Below, piece after piece: positions 39,728 through 50,409 of a DNA stretch of 64,000 nt. The notes below the pieces were generated by a model. It was not told the origin of the DNA. It made no database searches and saw only the letters and a program-made list of their open reading frames with translations. The position numbers were made by a program, and so were the translations under genes. The DNA comes from a bacterium. GTDB taxonomy: Bacteria; SAR324; NAC60-12. Location: NCBI GenBank assembly GCA_965205865.1, contig CBDBHR010000028.1, positions 480,001-544,000 of the forward strand, read 5' to 3'. The first letter of the stretch is position 1. The number at the start of each line of letters is the position of its first letter.

Positions 39728-41214
39728 ATTTGAAACGATCCATCAAAGGGCTATTGGTGGCAGTCAGTCTGGCAATACTCACTCCATTAGCAATGGCAGC
39801 AAAAACGAGCTTGACGATGGGAGTCGTGCTGGAGCCTCCCCATCTGGACCCTACGGCTGGCGCGGCCGCTGCCATTGATGAAATCGTTTATGCCAATGTG
39901 TTTGAAGGATTGACGCAAATTGATCAATATGGCGTCGTGCAACCCGCCCTTGCCAAGAGTTGGACAATATCGGAAGACCAATTGAATTATACTTTTCTGT
40001 TGCGCAAGGGCGTGACATTTCACGACGGTACAGACTTGAATGCGGATGATGTGATCTTCTCCTTCAAGCGGGCCACTGCGGAAAACAGTGTCAATGCCCA
40101 AAAAAAGCTTTTTGAGCCCATCGCCCAAATCAATAAAGGAGGACCCCATACCATCAGCATCACCCTGAAACGTCCCACAGGAAATTTCCTTTTCAACCTG
40201 GGATGGGGAGATGCTGTCATCGTTGCGCCAGAAAGTGTGGGTCAGAATAAATCCCGCCCGATTGGAAGCGGACCTTTCAAATTCAGCAAATGGAGTCGAG
40301 GAAATCGTATAGAACTGGTCCGTAACGACCACTACTGGGGGGCGCCAGCCAAACTGACTAAAGCCGTTTTCAAAATCATTCCCGACCCTGCTGCTGCCGT
40401 TGCTGCCATGATGGCAGGGGATATCGACGCGTTTGCCAATTTCCCGGCGCCTGAGAGTTTGCAGCAGTTTCAAGCCGACCCGCGCTTCAAGGTTGTGATT
40501 GGAAATACGGAAGGTGAAACGATTCTTTCCACCAATAATGCCGTAATCCCCTTTAACAATCTCAAAGTCCGGCAAGCGATTGCCTACGCTCTGGACCGGC
40601 AGGCCATCATCGATGGAGCAATGTTTGGTTATGGCACACCCATTGGCAGCCATTTTGCCCCCCATCATCCGGCATACATTGATTTGACCGGACTCTTTTC
40701 GCACGACTTGGAAAAAGCCAGGCAATTGATGGTAGAAGCAGGTTATGCCAATGGATTCCAGGCAACCATCAAGCTCCCGCCTCCCAGCTATGCCCGGCGT
40801 GGTGGAGAAATTATTGCGGCTCAACTGAAAAAAATCGGCATTGAATTGGAAATCATACCGGTAGAATGGGCACAATGGCTGGATCAAGTCTTCAAGAAAA
40901 CCGATTATCATCTGACAATCGTTTCCCATACAGAACCCATTGACATTGGGATTTATGCCCGCGATACTTACTACTTCAATTACCATAATACTCAGTTTCA
41001 AGCCCTCATGCAGCAACTCAGTGAAACCGTCAGCACCACAAAACGCTATGCCATTTTGGCAGAAGCGCAGAAAATGATAACGGAAGACGCAGTCAATGGT
41101 TTTTTGTTCCAATTGGCCAAACACGGAGTTTGGAACAAAGAGCTCCGGGGACTATGGGAAAATAGCCCGGTGCAGGCCAATAACCTCACTCAAGCGTATT
41201 GGGCGAATGAATAA
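39724..41214 (+). CDS. ABC peptide transporter substrate-binding protein
   Basis: Signal peptide, LEPPHLDPT, VTFHDG, PIGSGPF. Confidence 0.93.
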   Translation: MNLKRSIKGLLVAVSLAILTPLAMAAKTSLTMGVVLEPPHLDPTAGAAAAIDEIVYANVFEGLTQIDQYGVVQPALAKSWTISEDQLNYTFLLRKGVTFHDGTDLNADDVIFSFKRATAENSVNAQKKLFEPIAQINKGGPHTISITLKRPTGNFLFNLGWGDAVIVAPESVGQNKSRPIGSGPFKFSKWSRGNRIELVRNDHYWGAPAKLTKAVFKIIPDPAAAVAAMMAGDIDAFANFPAPESLQQFQADPRFKVVIGNTEGETILSTNNAVIPFNNLKVRQAIAYALDRQAIIDGAMFGYGTPIGSHFAPHHPAYIDLTGLFSHDLEKARQLMVEAGYANGFQATIKLPPPSYARRGGEIIAAQLKKIGIELEIIPVEWAQWLDQVFKKTDYHLTIVSHTEPIDIGIYARDTYYFNYHNTQFQALMQQLSETVSTTKRYAILAEAQKMITEDAVNGFLFQLAKHGVWNKELRGLWENSPVQANNLTQAYWANE

Positions 41215-41217
41215 CGG

Positions 41218-42171
41218 ATGAGTTATTTTTTATTGAAACGGTTGATCACCATGGCCCTCACATTGATGGTGGCCAGTATGGTGATTTTCGTCGTCTTGGA
41301 AATCCTTCCGGGCGACCCCGCCTCTTACATGCTGGGATTGGATGCGAGGGAAGACACCTTGGCTGCGTTGCGGGCTCAACTCGGTCTGGACAAACCGGCA
41401 ATCGTGCGTTATTTCAACTGGATCGGAGGATTGTTGAGTGGAGACTTGGGAATTAGCTATACCTACGATGTCCCTGTTTCCGAACTGATCCTGGAACGCA
41501 TGGTGGTCAGCGTCCCTCTGGCGCTATTTGCCATGATCCTTTCCACATTGATTGCCATCCCTCTCGGAATGATTGCCGCATCCCGGCACAACAAACCCCA
41601 CGATTTGATCATCATGAGTCTTTCACAGCTCAGCATTGCCATTCCCAACTTCTGGTTTGCCATACTGCTGACGATCGTTTTTGCCGTCGTGTTACGTTGG
41701 TTACCTGCGGGAGGATTCCCCGGATGGGATGCCGGACTGATGCCGGCTTTGATTGCGTTAGTAATGCCGACCATCGCCTTGGCATTGCCGCAATCGGCGG
41801 TCTTGGCCCGGGTGACCCGCTCTTCCTTATTAGAGGTGCTCCAAGAGGACTATATGCGCACCGCTCGTGCCAAAGGACTAAGCCGGAGTGCCGCTCTCTG
41901 GCACCATGCCTTACGCAATGCGATGATTCCGGTGGTGACAATTTTGGGGTTACAATTTTCTTTCCTGCTGGCAGGAACCATCATCATTGAAAATGTCTTT
42001 TATCTTCCCGGTATCGGACGTCTCATCTTTCAGGCGATTTCACAGAGGGACTTGATTGTAGTGAAAGATCTGGTGGTTTTGCTTTCTGCCGCAGTGATCA
42101 TCATTAATTTCACAGTCGATGTCTTGTATGCCATGATCGACCCACGACTGAAAGGATTCGACCATGGTTAG
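41218..42171 (+). CDS. ABC peptide transporter permease (DppB-like)
   Basis: LPGDPA, EDYMRTARAKGL, HALRNA. Confidence 0.93.
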   Translation: MSYFLLKRLITMALTLMVASMVIFVVLEILPGDPASYMLGLDAREDTLAALRAQLGLDKPAIVRYFNWIGGLLSGDLGISYTYDVPVSELILERMVVSVPLALFAMILSTLIAIPLGMIAASRHNKPHDLIIMSLSQLSIAIPNFWFAILLTIVFAVVLRWLPAGGFPGWDAGLMPALIALVMPTIALALPQSAVLARVTRSSLLEVLQEDYMRTARAKGLSRSAALWHHALRNAMIPVVTILGLQFSFLLAGTIIIENVFYLPGIGRLIFQAISQRDLIVVKDLVVLLSAAVIIINFTVDVLYAMIDPRLKGFDHG

Positions 42172-43015
42172 CCGTATTCAGGTACTGTTCAAGGAAGGAA
42201 GGTGTCATCTCAACTTTATCATTGGCGGATACCTGACTTTGCTATTTTTCTTGATTGCAATGGCTTCGTACGCCTGGACCCCCCATTCCATTGAAAATTT
42301 CGATATTGCCGCCAGATTCTCCGCACCCACTCGACAATTTTGGCTGGGGACCGATCATTTCGGCCGCGATATTGTTTCTATGCTGATGATTGGAGCGAGA
42401 AACTCGGTGATGGTGGCTTTTGTTGCCATAGCCATTGGTGCCTTGGGGGTGCCCTTGGGATTGATAGCTGCTGCAAAAAAAGGCTGGATCGATGAATTGA
42501 TCATGCGCTTCAACGATTTCACTTTCGCCTTTCCCGCATTGATATCCGCTATCATGATTACTGCAATTTTGGGACCTGGCGCTCTGAATTCCATCATTGC
42601 CATTGGCATATTCAATATTCCAGTCTTTGCACGGGTAACACGGGGCTCAGCCTTGAGTATCTGGCCCCGGGAATTCATTTTGGCCGCCCGCAGCGCCGGG
42701 AAAGGAAGCATTCTCATCTCCGTCGAGCACATTTTGCCGAACATCGTCGGCATCCTGATCGTGCAAGCAACCATTCAATTCGCCCTCGGCATCCTGGCAG
42801 AAGCAGGACTGAGCTACCTGGGCCTGGGGACCCAACCTCCAAATCCCAGTTGGGGGAAAATGTTGAATGATGCTCAGACCTTGATTTTTATCGCACCCCA
42901 GTTAGCGATTTACCCGGGGATTGCTATTGGCCTGACGGTGCTCGGATTGAATCTGTTTGGCGACGGTCTGCGTGATGTTCTCGATCCAAAATTGCGTCGC
43001 AGTCGACAATTCTGA
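42164..43015 (+). CDS. ABC peptide transporter permease (DppC-like)
   Basis: LGTDHFGRD, HILPN, EAGLSYLGLG. Confidence 0.93.
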   Translation: MVSRIQVLFKEGRCHLNFIIGGYLTLLFFLIAMASYAWTPHSIENFDIAARFSAPTRQFWLGTDHFGRDIVSMLMIGARNSVMVAFVAIAIGALGVPLGLIAAAKKGWIDELIMRFNDFTFAFPALISAIMITAILGPGALNSIIAIGIFNIPVFARVTRGSALSIWPREFILAARSAGKGSILISVEHILPNIVGILIVQATIQFALGILAEAGLSYLGLGTQPPNPSWGKMLNDAQTLIFIAPQLAIYPGIAIGLTVLGLNLFGDGLRDVLDPKLRRSRQF

Positions 43016-43104
43016 ATGACTGATTACATGTACTTGTTTGATTGCTTGTTAGCCATTCAAGATGGCTCATTCCGAACGAATGTGAAGAACCTTGACAAGA
43101 TAAA

Positions 43105-44088
43105 ATGTCTCTGCTTGAAGTGAAGAATCTGTCGATTGCTCTGGAAACGCCGCGAGGAAAAGTGAATTTGATCCGGCATGTGGAATTTTCCCTGCAAACT
43201 GGAGAAAAGCTGGGCATCGTTGGAGAATCGGGATGCGGTAAAACGCTAACCGCCTTGGCAATTATGGCTTTGCTCCCCAGGAAAGTTTCGGTGCGCGGCG
43301 TGGCGCGTTTTCAGGGAGTAAATCTACTGGACCTGCAGGAAAAGCGCATGCAACAGATCCGTGGGAATCGCATTGCCATGATTTTTCAGGAACCAATGAA
43401 CTCCCTCAATCCTGTCAAAACGATCGGTTCCCAAATTGCCGAAGGCCTGAGGTTGCACCTCGGTTTGAATAAAAGTGATGCGGTTACCAGAACCCAAACC
43501 GTCATGGATGGAGTGGGATTGCCGGTCTCCCGTTTTCCCTTGAAACTCTATCCCCATCAACTTTCGGGGGGACAACGACAACGTGTAATGATTGCGCAGG
43601 CCATTGCCTGCGAACCGGACCTTTTAATCGCAGACGAACCCACCACCGCATTGGATGTCACTGTTCAGGAAAAAATCCTGGAACTGATCAATAAAATTGT
43701 CGAAAAATCTGGAATGAGTTTGATCATGATCAGTCATGATCTCGGTATAATTGCCCAAACAACGGAACAGACGATGGTGATGTATGCCGGAAACACCGTG
43801 GAAAACGGGACGACCCAGGAAGTCTTCCGGAATATGCGACACCCTTATACTTACGGGCTCCTGGCTTCCATGCTCAAACCAAAATCCGCAGAATCCGGCA
43901 GTCGACAGCCTTTGTACAGCATTCCTGGCCAAGTTCCGCAACCTGGAGTCCGGATGGCAGGTTGCGCATTTGTCGAACGCTGTTTTAAGGCAAAGGAAAA
44001 TTGCCGGCAACAAACACCGCCCTTGCAAGTCCTCAAACAGGAACACAAGGTCGCTTGCTATCATCCTCTGATAGAAAGCAGTCTATGA
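43105..44088 (+). CDS. ABC peptide transporter ATP-binding protein (DppD-like)
   Basis: [25 protein letters not shown]-terminal Cys cluster. Confidence 0.95.
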   Translation: MSLLEVKNLSIALETPRGKVNLIRHVEFSLQTGEKLGIVGESGCGKTLTALAIMALLPRKVSVRGVARFQGVNLLDLQEKRMQQIRGNRIAMIFQEPMNSLNPVKTIGSQIAEGLRLHLGLNKSDAVTRTQTVMDGVGLPVSRFPLKLYPHQLSGGQRQRVMIAQAIACEPDLLIADEPTTALDVTVQEKILELINKIVEKSGMSLIMISHDLGIIAQTTEQTMVMYAGNTVENGTTQEVFRNMRHPYTYGLLASMLKPKSAESGSRQPLYSIPGQVPQPGVRMAGCAFVERCFKAKENCRQQTPPLQVLKQEHKVACYHPLIESSL

Positions 44089-45047
44089 TGAGTGACATGT
44101 TGCTAATAGTCGAAAATGTTAAAAAAGACTATCTGCTTCCTAAAACTCACATTTTCCAACCCGCCCCCATTTTTCGTGCTTTGCACGGTGTGAGCTTAAA
44201 GATCCCCAAGGGTACCAATTTCGGTATTGTGGGAGAATCAGGGTGTGGCAAATCCACTTTGGCTCGTATCGTGATGGGACTGGACACTCCCACGGGAGGG
44301 ACTGTTTATTTCCAGAATCAGGATATATTCCGCATGTCGGCCAAAAAACTGCGGCATTTACGCAGCCAATTTCAGATGGTTTTTCAAGATCCTCATGGTT
44401 CCCTCAATCCCAGACATAACGTCCTGCGTATTGTTTCCGAACCCCTGGATACCTTGGCCGAAAAACTGAGTTTGTCGGAAAAAAAGGGAAGGGTGCGAAC
44501 CCTCCTGCGGGAAGTTGGATTAAATGATGGAGACTTGGACAAATTCCCTCACGAATTCTCCGGAGGTCAACGACAACGGATTGGCATTGCCAGAGCCCTG
44601 ATCACTCGTCCTTTCTTGATTGTGGCAGATGAAGCCGTTTCGGCACTGGATGTTTCGGTGCAAGCTCAGGTCCTGAATTTAATGATGGCCTTGCAGGAAA
44701 AATACCAGCTGACTTATATGTTCATCAGCCACGATTTGAGTGTCGTGGAATACCTGTGCGACGAAACGGCCGTGCTTTATTCAGGGAGGATTGTCGAAAT
44801 GGGAAAAACCCGGAACATTTTTCAAAATCCAAACCATCCCTACACCCGACTTCTCCTGGAAGCAGTGCCAATACCAGACCCGCTTCACAAAAAGAAAAAA
44901 ATCCTTCCAATGCCTGTCCAAGGAGAGGATGAGAATACGGGTTGTCCGTTTAAGACACGCTGCAGCCTGGCAACCGAAATCTGCTCCCAATCGATGCCGA
45001 AACTGCTTCTCAAGGGTCGGCAGCAAGTCGCTTGCCATCATGCCTGA
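44085..45047 (+). CDS. ABC peptide transporter ATP-binding protein (DppF-like)
   Basis: GESGCGKST, FSGGQRQR, DEAVSALD. Confidence 0.95.
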   Translation: MMSDMLLIVENVKKDYLLPKTHIFQPAPIFRALHGVSLKIPKGTNFGIVGESGCGKSTLARIVMGLDTPTGGTVYFQNQDIFRMSAKKLRHLRSQFQMVFQDPHGSLNPRHNVLRIVSEPLDTLAEKLSLSEKKGRVRTLLREVGLNDGDLDKFPHEFSGGQRQRIGIARALITRPFLIVADEAVSALDVSVQAQVLNLMMALQEKYQLTYMFISHDLSVVEYLCDETAVLYSGRIVEMGKTRNIFQNPNHPYTRLLLEAVPIPDPLHKKKKILPMPVQGEDENTGCPFKTRCSLATEICSQSMPKLLLKGRQQVACHHA

Positions 45048-45069
45048 AAAAGTGGCAACCCGAGGATTG

Positions 45070-46161
45070 TCAAGACAAGGGTGGGGTGCGTGGGATATAT
45101 ACCTGGAAGACGGAACCTTGCTGGCCTGCCGGTTTGTATTGCAACAACCCGCCGTGACCTGCAATAATTTGAAAGGAGATGGATAATCCCAAGCCATTTC
45201 CTTGTCGTTTTGTGGTGAAGAGGGGTTTGAAAATGTGATCCCGATGCGCCTCTGCGATGCCACTTCCCTGGTCTTCAAACTCGATGAGGAAATATTCCTG
45301 ATGCAGGTCCAGTTGTTTATCAACCATTTCCCATTCCGGACAGTAGCTGGAACGAATGGTGATCCCTCCTTTTTTTGGCGAAGCTTCCGTAGCATTTTTA
45401 ATCAAATTGAGAAACACCTGGTGCAGTTTGTCCCGGTCGGCAGTGATGTCAGGCAGAGATGGGTCAAAAAGCCGCTGGAATGTCAGTTCAGAATTCGAAG
45501 AATTCTCCTCGAACCAAATAACGGTATCCAGCAATTCATGCAGATTGAAGACTGTGGTTTGCAGTGGAATTGGTTGAGAATACAACAACAGTTCCTTGAC
45601 CATCCGGTCAATCCGCCCCAACTCTCTTAAAATCATTTCCGTAGACGTGGTTGGAATTTGAGATTTTTTCAAATCCCGCTGTAGTAATTGAGCAACCCCT
45701 TTAATCCCGCTCAATGGATTTTGAATCTCATGGGCAATGGAAGAGACAAACACCCCAATGGAATCCAAAATGTCTTTTTCACGTTCCTTGGCTTTGATTT
45801 GATGATGATACGTCAAATCTTGAAAGGTGAGGATTGCCTGATAGATCTTTCTGTTTTTTTTGAAGACCGGATTCATAGAGACACTTACTACCTTGCGATG
45901 GTGCGGTGAAACCTGCAAAAGATGATCATTGACGGAAAAATCTTTTCCATCTTGCAGTACTTTTTGCAGAGGCGCGAGAATGACCTGGTCTTCCCACAAA
46001 AGCATCTTGATGGATTTACCGAGCATTTTATTCTTGTCTCGTTCCCAGAACTGCGTGACGGCATCATTGCACCAGATCACTTCCATTTTTTGATTGATCA
46101 CAAAAATAGGGTAGCTCAGGTTGCGGAATATTGTTTTTTCAGAAGGACCTCTCTTGATCAT
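45070..46161 (-). CDS. PAS-domain sensor histidine kinase (NtrB/GlnL-like)
   Basis: AHEIQNPLSGIKGVAQLL, FDPSLPDI, QVFLNLIKNA, DQGSG, GNGLGL. Confidence 0.88.
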   Translation of the reverse strand: MIKRGPSEKTIFRNLSYPIFVINQKMEVIWCNDAVTQFWERDKNKMLGKSIKMLLWEDQVILAPLQKVLQDGKDFSVNDHLLQVSPHHRKVVSVSMNPVFKKNRKIYQAILTFQDLTYHHQIKAKEREKDILDSIGVFVSSIAHEIQNPLSGIKGVAQLLQRDLKKSQIPTTSTEMILRELGRIDRMVKELLLYSQPIPLQTTVFNLHELLDTVIWFEENSSNSELTFQRLFDPSLPDITADRDKLHQVFLNLIKNATEASPKKGGITIRSSYCPEWEMVDKQLDLHQEYFLIEFEDQGSGIAEAHRDHIFKPLFTTKRQGNGLGLSISFQIIAGHGGLLQYKPAGQQGSVFQVYIPRTPPLS

Positions 46162-46204
46162 CGTTTAAAATGGATGGTTAAAAGATCTCTATTTCATTTG
46201 CTAA

Positions 46205-46362
46205 GGAACAAACCTTAAAAAACCTGTAATTCTTCCAATGGTGTGAGCAAAATTGGGGGACATGTACACCGCTGTGCATCCCAACTCTACTGTTGTATGC
46301 CTGCTGTTACGTGTCCCCTAATTTTGCGCATCCATACTTCTAACTTATTTAAATTTCATTCC
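46205..46362 (-). mobile_element. MITE C copy 2 (158 bp)
   Basis: Reverse complement of 37567-37724; TAA duplication. Confidence 0.9.
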
Positions 46363-47730
46363 TAAGAGCCTCTGCAACAATTCTTTGTTGAGGTCGACAA
46401 GGATCGACTTGTTTTGTGAGTAGGTCACCGTTCCGGGCTCACTTCCCTTGATTTTCCGCACATATTTTTGTTGGGTATAATCGACTTCTATTTTGCCAAG
46501 ACTACGAGCTTTGCAGTAATAAGCCGCCAGATGAGCTGCTTCCAGCAGCGTTTGGGAGGGCAGTGCCGGTCTCGTGTTTTTGACAATGACATGCGCTCCC
46601 GAAATTCCTTGCGCATGAAACCACCAATCATTGCCACGAGCAACCGTGAAGGTGACATATGCGTTTTGTTGCTTGTTGCGACCTACCGCAATCATCAGTC
46701 CATCAGAACTGAGACGAAATAAAGGTGTGGGAGCGGGAGTGGGTTCTTTGCTTTTGGACTGTGTGGCAACATGTGGAATTTTAAGGAATCCGGGAAGTGT
46801 CTTGTCCCAGATTTGAAAGGATTCCGCAGTTTCTTTTTTTTTAAGTTCATCTTGTTGTTCAAGCAAGATTTTTTGTTCCTGCAAAGTTTGTCGGATCCTC
46901 TCTTGAACGTGTGGCAGCGCTTTTTTCAGTTTGTCCGCTTTCTGAAAGAGACGGACCAAATTCCCTGATGGGCTATATCCGGGGTCCAAGGGAATCACGG
47001 TTTGTGGAAAACTATCATCAAAGTAATCCGTTACCGTGATCTCGGTTTGTCCGCATTGGATTTGGTGGAGATGGGGTTTTAGCAACTCTCCCCATCGTCG
47101 CATTTTTTCGGCACTCTGACAATTTTCCAAATCCTGTTCTTGCTTTGCCAAGCGTCGTATCAGCTTTTTTTTCAGAGTTTTGAAATACTTACGATAGCGG
47201 ACCTGCTGGGCGCTGACGGCTTCTTGCTGTTCTAAATTCCAATAGTAGGCATCCAGTTTTCCCGCCTCTGTGGGAATGCCAGGGAATAGAGTGAGGGTTT
47301 CCCATTGAACCGGAGGAACATACGGAAGGGTTTGCTTCAAAACGCGCCCTTTTTGGTTGGGATTACGCAGAGCAGCCAAGAGACAATGTTGCGCGTCCAA
47401 TAACAGAAGATTGCTTTGAGGACCATTGTTTTCCCACATTAAAAAATATTCTGTCTTATGCTGCTTCAAAGTAAACTGCCTGAGACGGGGTCCGTGTTCT
47501 TCGAGCGCAACCAATTCTGCATGGAGAATCCGAGTGCGCAACCACAAGCAAAAAAGGGGAGGTAGAGGGGGATTATTGAATTGTCGACCACTCCGACAAA
47601 TCCGAGGAAAGCGGGGATGGGCCGAAAAAAGCCACTGCTGTCGACCCTCCTGTCCGTACATCTCCATTACCACCCCATGGGAGAAGGGTTGATTGATTTT
47701 TTGAACACGGGTATCGAGGAGCGCGTCCAT
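46345..47730 (-). CDS. NFACT/RqcH (FbpA-like) protein
   Basis: VGRNKQQN, DWWFHAQGISGAHV, AAHLAAYY, VDYTQQKYVRK. Confidence 0.85.
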   Translation of the reverse strand: MDALLDTRVQKINQPFSHGVVMEMYGQEGRQQWLFSAHPRFPRICRSGRQFNNPPLPPLFCLWLRTRILHAELVALEEHGPRLRQFTLKQHKTEYFLMWENNGPQSNLLLLDAQHCLLAALRNPNQKGRVLKQTLPYVPPVQWETLTLFPGIPTEAGKLDAYYWNLEQQEAVSAQQVRYRKYFKTLKKKLIRRLAKQEQDLENCQSAEKMRRWGELLKPHLHQIQCGQTEITVTDYFDDSFPQTVIPLDPGYSPSGNLVRLFQKADKLKKALPHVQERIRQTLQEQKILLEQQDELKKKETAESFQIWDKTLPGFLKIPHVATQSKSKEPTPAPTPLFRLSSDGLMIAVGRNKQQNAYVTFTVARGNDWWFHAQGISGAHVIVKNTRPALPSQTLLEAAHLAAYYCKARSLGKIEVDYTQQKYVRKIKGSEPGTVTYSQNKSILVDLNKELLQRLLGMKFK

Positions 47731-47761
47731 ACTGACTTGTTGCTTGCCTTCAATGAGAAAA

Positions 47762-48601
47762 TTAATCTACAATCACTGGAGTGAATCGAGGGGCTCGCTT
47801 TTGTATAAAAGACTCCACGCCCTCTTTAAAGTCGGGACGTGCCAGGCTTTCCGCCATAAGACGGTGGGATTCGTACATTGCGTCTTTCAAAGACATGTTC
47901 AGGTGCCTGTAAATTTGTTGTTTCATGACCATCAAGGAAAGAGGCGCAGTCGTTTCTGCCAGCTCTTCCAAATAAGCTTGGGCTTTAGGAACGACTTCTT
48001 CTCGAGGCAGGACCCGATCGACCAATCCCAGTCTTTCCGCCTCGATTCCATCAAAGCGACGAGAACTCCAAAGCAGATCAAGTGCCCGGGAAGGTCCGAC
48101 TACTCGAGGTAAAATCCAACTTTGTCCGTGCTCCGCAACGAGCCCTCGCTGGGAAAAGGCAGTGGTGAAAATGGCATTTCCCGCCGCAAATCTCATGTCG
48201 CATAACAATGCAAGGGACAATCCTAAGCCCGCGCAAGGGCCATTGATGGCAGCAATCAATGGTTTGCGAATCGACATCAGATAGGTGAAAGCGATTCGAA
48301 AATCCTCTCCCATATTGGGGTCCCCCGGTTCGGCATTGAGATGAACTCGCTTATCTTTCTTATTGGCTACTTCCCCGGCATTGGCTTGCTCATCCAAAGC
48401 ATTCATGTCCATGCCTGCGCTGAACCCTCTTCCTGCGCCTGTCAAAACAATACCTATGACCTGTTTTTCCTTTTCCGCTTGTGCTAATGCATGTCGCAAC
48501 TCATCCATCATGATATAAGTAAATGCATTCAAGCGTTCGGGACGATTGAAACAAATCGTTGCCACCGGTCCCGATATTTCATAAAGAATTTCTTCATACA
48601 T
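47762..48601 (-). CDS. Enoyl-CoA hydratase/isomerase family protein
   Basis: NRPERLNA, FSAGMD, AAINGPCAGLG, DFKEGV. Confidence 0.93.
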   Translation of the reverse strand: MYEEILYEISGPVATICFNRPERLNAFTYIMMDELRHALAQAEKEKQVIGIVLTGAGRGFSAGMDMNALDEQANAGEVANKKDKRVHLNAEPGDPNMGEDFRIAFTYLMSIRKPLIAAINGPCAGLGLSLALLCDMRFAAGNAIFTTAFSQRGLVAEHGQSWILPRVVGPSRALDLLWSSRRFDGIEAERLGLVDRVLPREEVVPKAQAYLEELAETTAPLSLMVMKQQIYRHLNMSLKDAMYESHRLMAESLARPDFKEGVESFIQKRAPRFTPVIVD

Positions 48602-48669
48602 CTTGAACTTCCTTTCCGTGTTTGATCCAAACCATTGGCTACTTCAATCCCATTGTCCAGCTAATTTTT

Positions 48670-50409
48670 TTATTCATTGGGATCTCTGCCGCTCAGTCGC
48701 TTTTTCATGCCGGCATCAATCCATGCGTATTTGTATATGTGGATGTATGTGTCCATATAGCCTTGTCCCCCTTCAAGTCCATATAGCCAAGGTTGCCAGT
48801 AGTGATGACCGGTAGTCACCATCAATGGCATGAACCACGATTCGTCGAGGACCCAGTAAGTCAAGTTTCTCCATTTTTCGAGATACTCACCAGCATCCAT
48901 GGTAGCTTTCAAATCGTCCCACATTTTAATGTATTTTTGACCGAGTTCGCTGTCTTCAAATTCTTTATTTCCCTGCCCCTGCCAGGTCAATGAACTCCGA
49001 GGATCCAGGAAAAACTCGTATTGACAGGCGCCGTACAGAAAAGGGCAGGCATTATCAGAGGTCGCCAATCCCTTGTAGGAGGGATCCGGATTGCGGGTCA
49101 TCGTCATACGATACATATTCTTCATTTTCACGACATCGACTTGTAAGGCTATCCCCACCAAATTGAGATAGCGTGAAATGGCATGCGCCGCTTCAGCCAG
49201 AGGACCCTCACCGGCAATTATATTGGTCGTAAAACCATTGGGATAGCCCGCTTCCGCCAAAAGTCGCTTGGCTTCTTTTGGGTGATATTCAAAAAGCTTG
49301 GCGGTTTCCGGTTGTTCTTTTTGCATCTCTTCCAGGGAGATGTAAAAGGGGGCGAGTCCCGGTAAAGTGGGAAAGACAGGGTAGATAGCATTTCCCCGGT
49401 AGAAGCCGTCCCGCATCTCCTGATGGTTGACTGCCAGCATCAAGGCCTGTCGCACCCGCTTGTCATTGAAGGGGGCTTTGGTAATGTTTGCCGTCAAAGT
49501 GATGTGTTGCAACGGCTGGTGCGTAAACTTGAGATGAGGATTGCTCTTTACAAGAATCTTGTTGTAGCGGACCGGCAACACGCCTGGAGCGGTATCTACT
49601 CTTCCTGTACGCAGAGCAGCGACTTTTAAGGCCTCCCCCAATTCGACATAGCGGAAGCCGTCCAGATAAGGGAGTTGATTCTGAGGACGTAAGGGATCTT
49701 TCTGCCAGTAATTTGGGTTACGTTTATAAACGGTTTGAATTCCCTTGACATAATCAGAGATGAAAAACGGTCCTGTACCAACAGCATATTTCCAGTCATT
49801 CCGGTCGATCTCTTGATCGAATACTTCACGAGGCGCCACCATCCATTCCACAAGAAACGCTGCCATTGGGGTGAGATCCGCGACCGGATTTTTCCACTTC
49901 AGTTCGACCGTCCATTGATTCAATGCAGTCCAGGTAAATTGGCTTTTCATTTCACTTTGTCGAGTCAGCGGATTGGAGCTCACCGCATCCCATGACGCCA
50001 CCACATCGTGGGCATTCATTTCCCGACCATTGGCAGGCGCTTTATCCCAAAAGTGGACCCCTTGGCGGATTTTAAAGAGCAGGCTGATGGGGGTAGGGCG
50101 TTCATAAGATTCAGCCAAAGCGCCGCTAAAGACCTCAAAAGCGGCGCCCCAGGAGTTGTATGGAAATTCGCCGGTCCCTGCCGGCCCGCGAGACCAATCT
50201 ACCTGAAGTAATGGATCATAAGCGGGCTGGGCGAGGGGATTATCAGGGAGGTGTCCCACCGGATCGAATCCAAATAGATCATCCCCTTGCGCGGAGGTAA
50301 TGAAGCCCCCGTACACGGGAAAGAGGGCCAGATCAAAATTTTGGGCTGCCAAGTTGCCTGCCAGGCTTATCCCTACGAAGAGGATCAATAATTTTTTGTT
50401 CAATTTCAT
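48670..50409 (-). CDS. ABC transporter substrate-binding protein, family 5 (standalone)
   Basis: LAES, GVHFWDKAPANGRE, GTGPF, NPNYW, PFNDKRVRQA. Confidence 0.9.
   Translation of the reverse strand: MKLNKKLLILFVGISLAGNLAAQNFDLALFPVYGGFITSAQGDDLFGFDPVGHLPDNPLAQPAYDPLLQVDWSRGPAGTGEFPYNSWGAAFEVFSGALAESYERPTPISLLFKIRQGVHFWDKAPANGREMNAHDVVASWDAVSSNPLTRQSEMKSQFTWTALNQWTVELKWKNPVADLTPMAAFLVEWMVAPREVFDQEIDRNDWKYAVGTGPFFISDYVKGIQTVYKRNPNYWQKDPLRPQNQLPYLDGFRYVELGEALKVAALRTGRVDTAPGVLPVRYNKILVKSNPHLKFTHQPLQHITLTANITKAPFNDKRVRQALMLAVNHQEMRDGFYRGNAIYPVFPTLPGLAPFYISLEEMQKEQPETAKLFEYHPKEAKRLLAEAGYPNGFTTNIIAGEGPLAEAAHAISRYLNLVGIALQVDVVKMKNMYRMTMTRNPDPSYKGLATSDNACPFLYGACQYEFFLDPRSSLTWQGQGNKEFEDSELGQKYIKMWDDLKATMDAGEYLEKWRNLTYWVLDESWFMPLMVTTGHHYWQPWLYGLEGGQGYMDTYIHIYKYAWIDAGMKKRLSGRDPNE

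Noticed and set aside
39787-41124. 445-aa minus-strand ORF
   Set aside because: Antisense to a well-supported SBP within a co-directional operon; no recognisable motifs.
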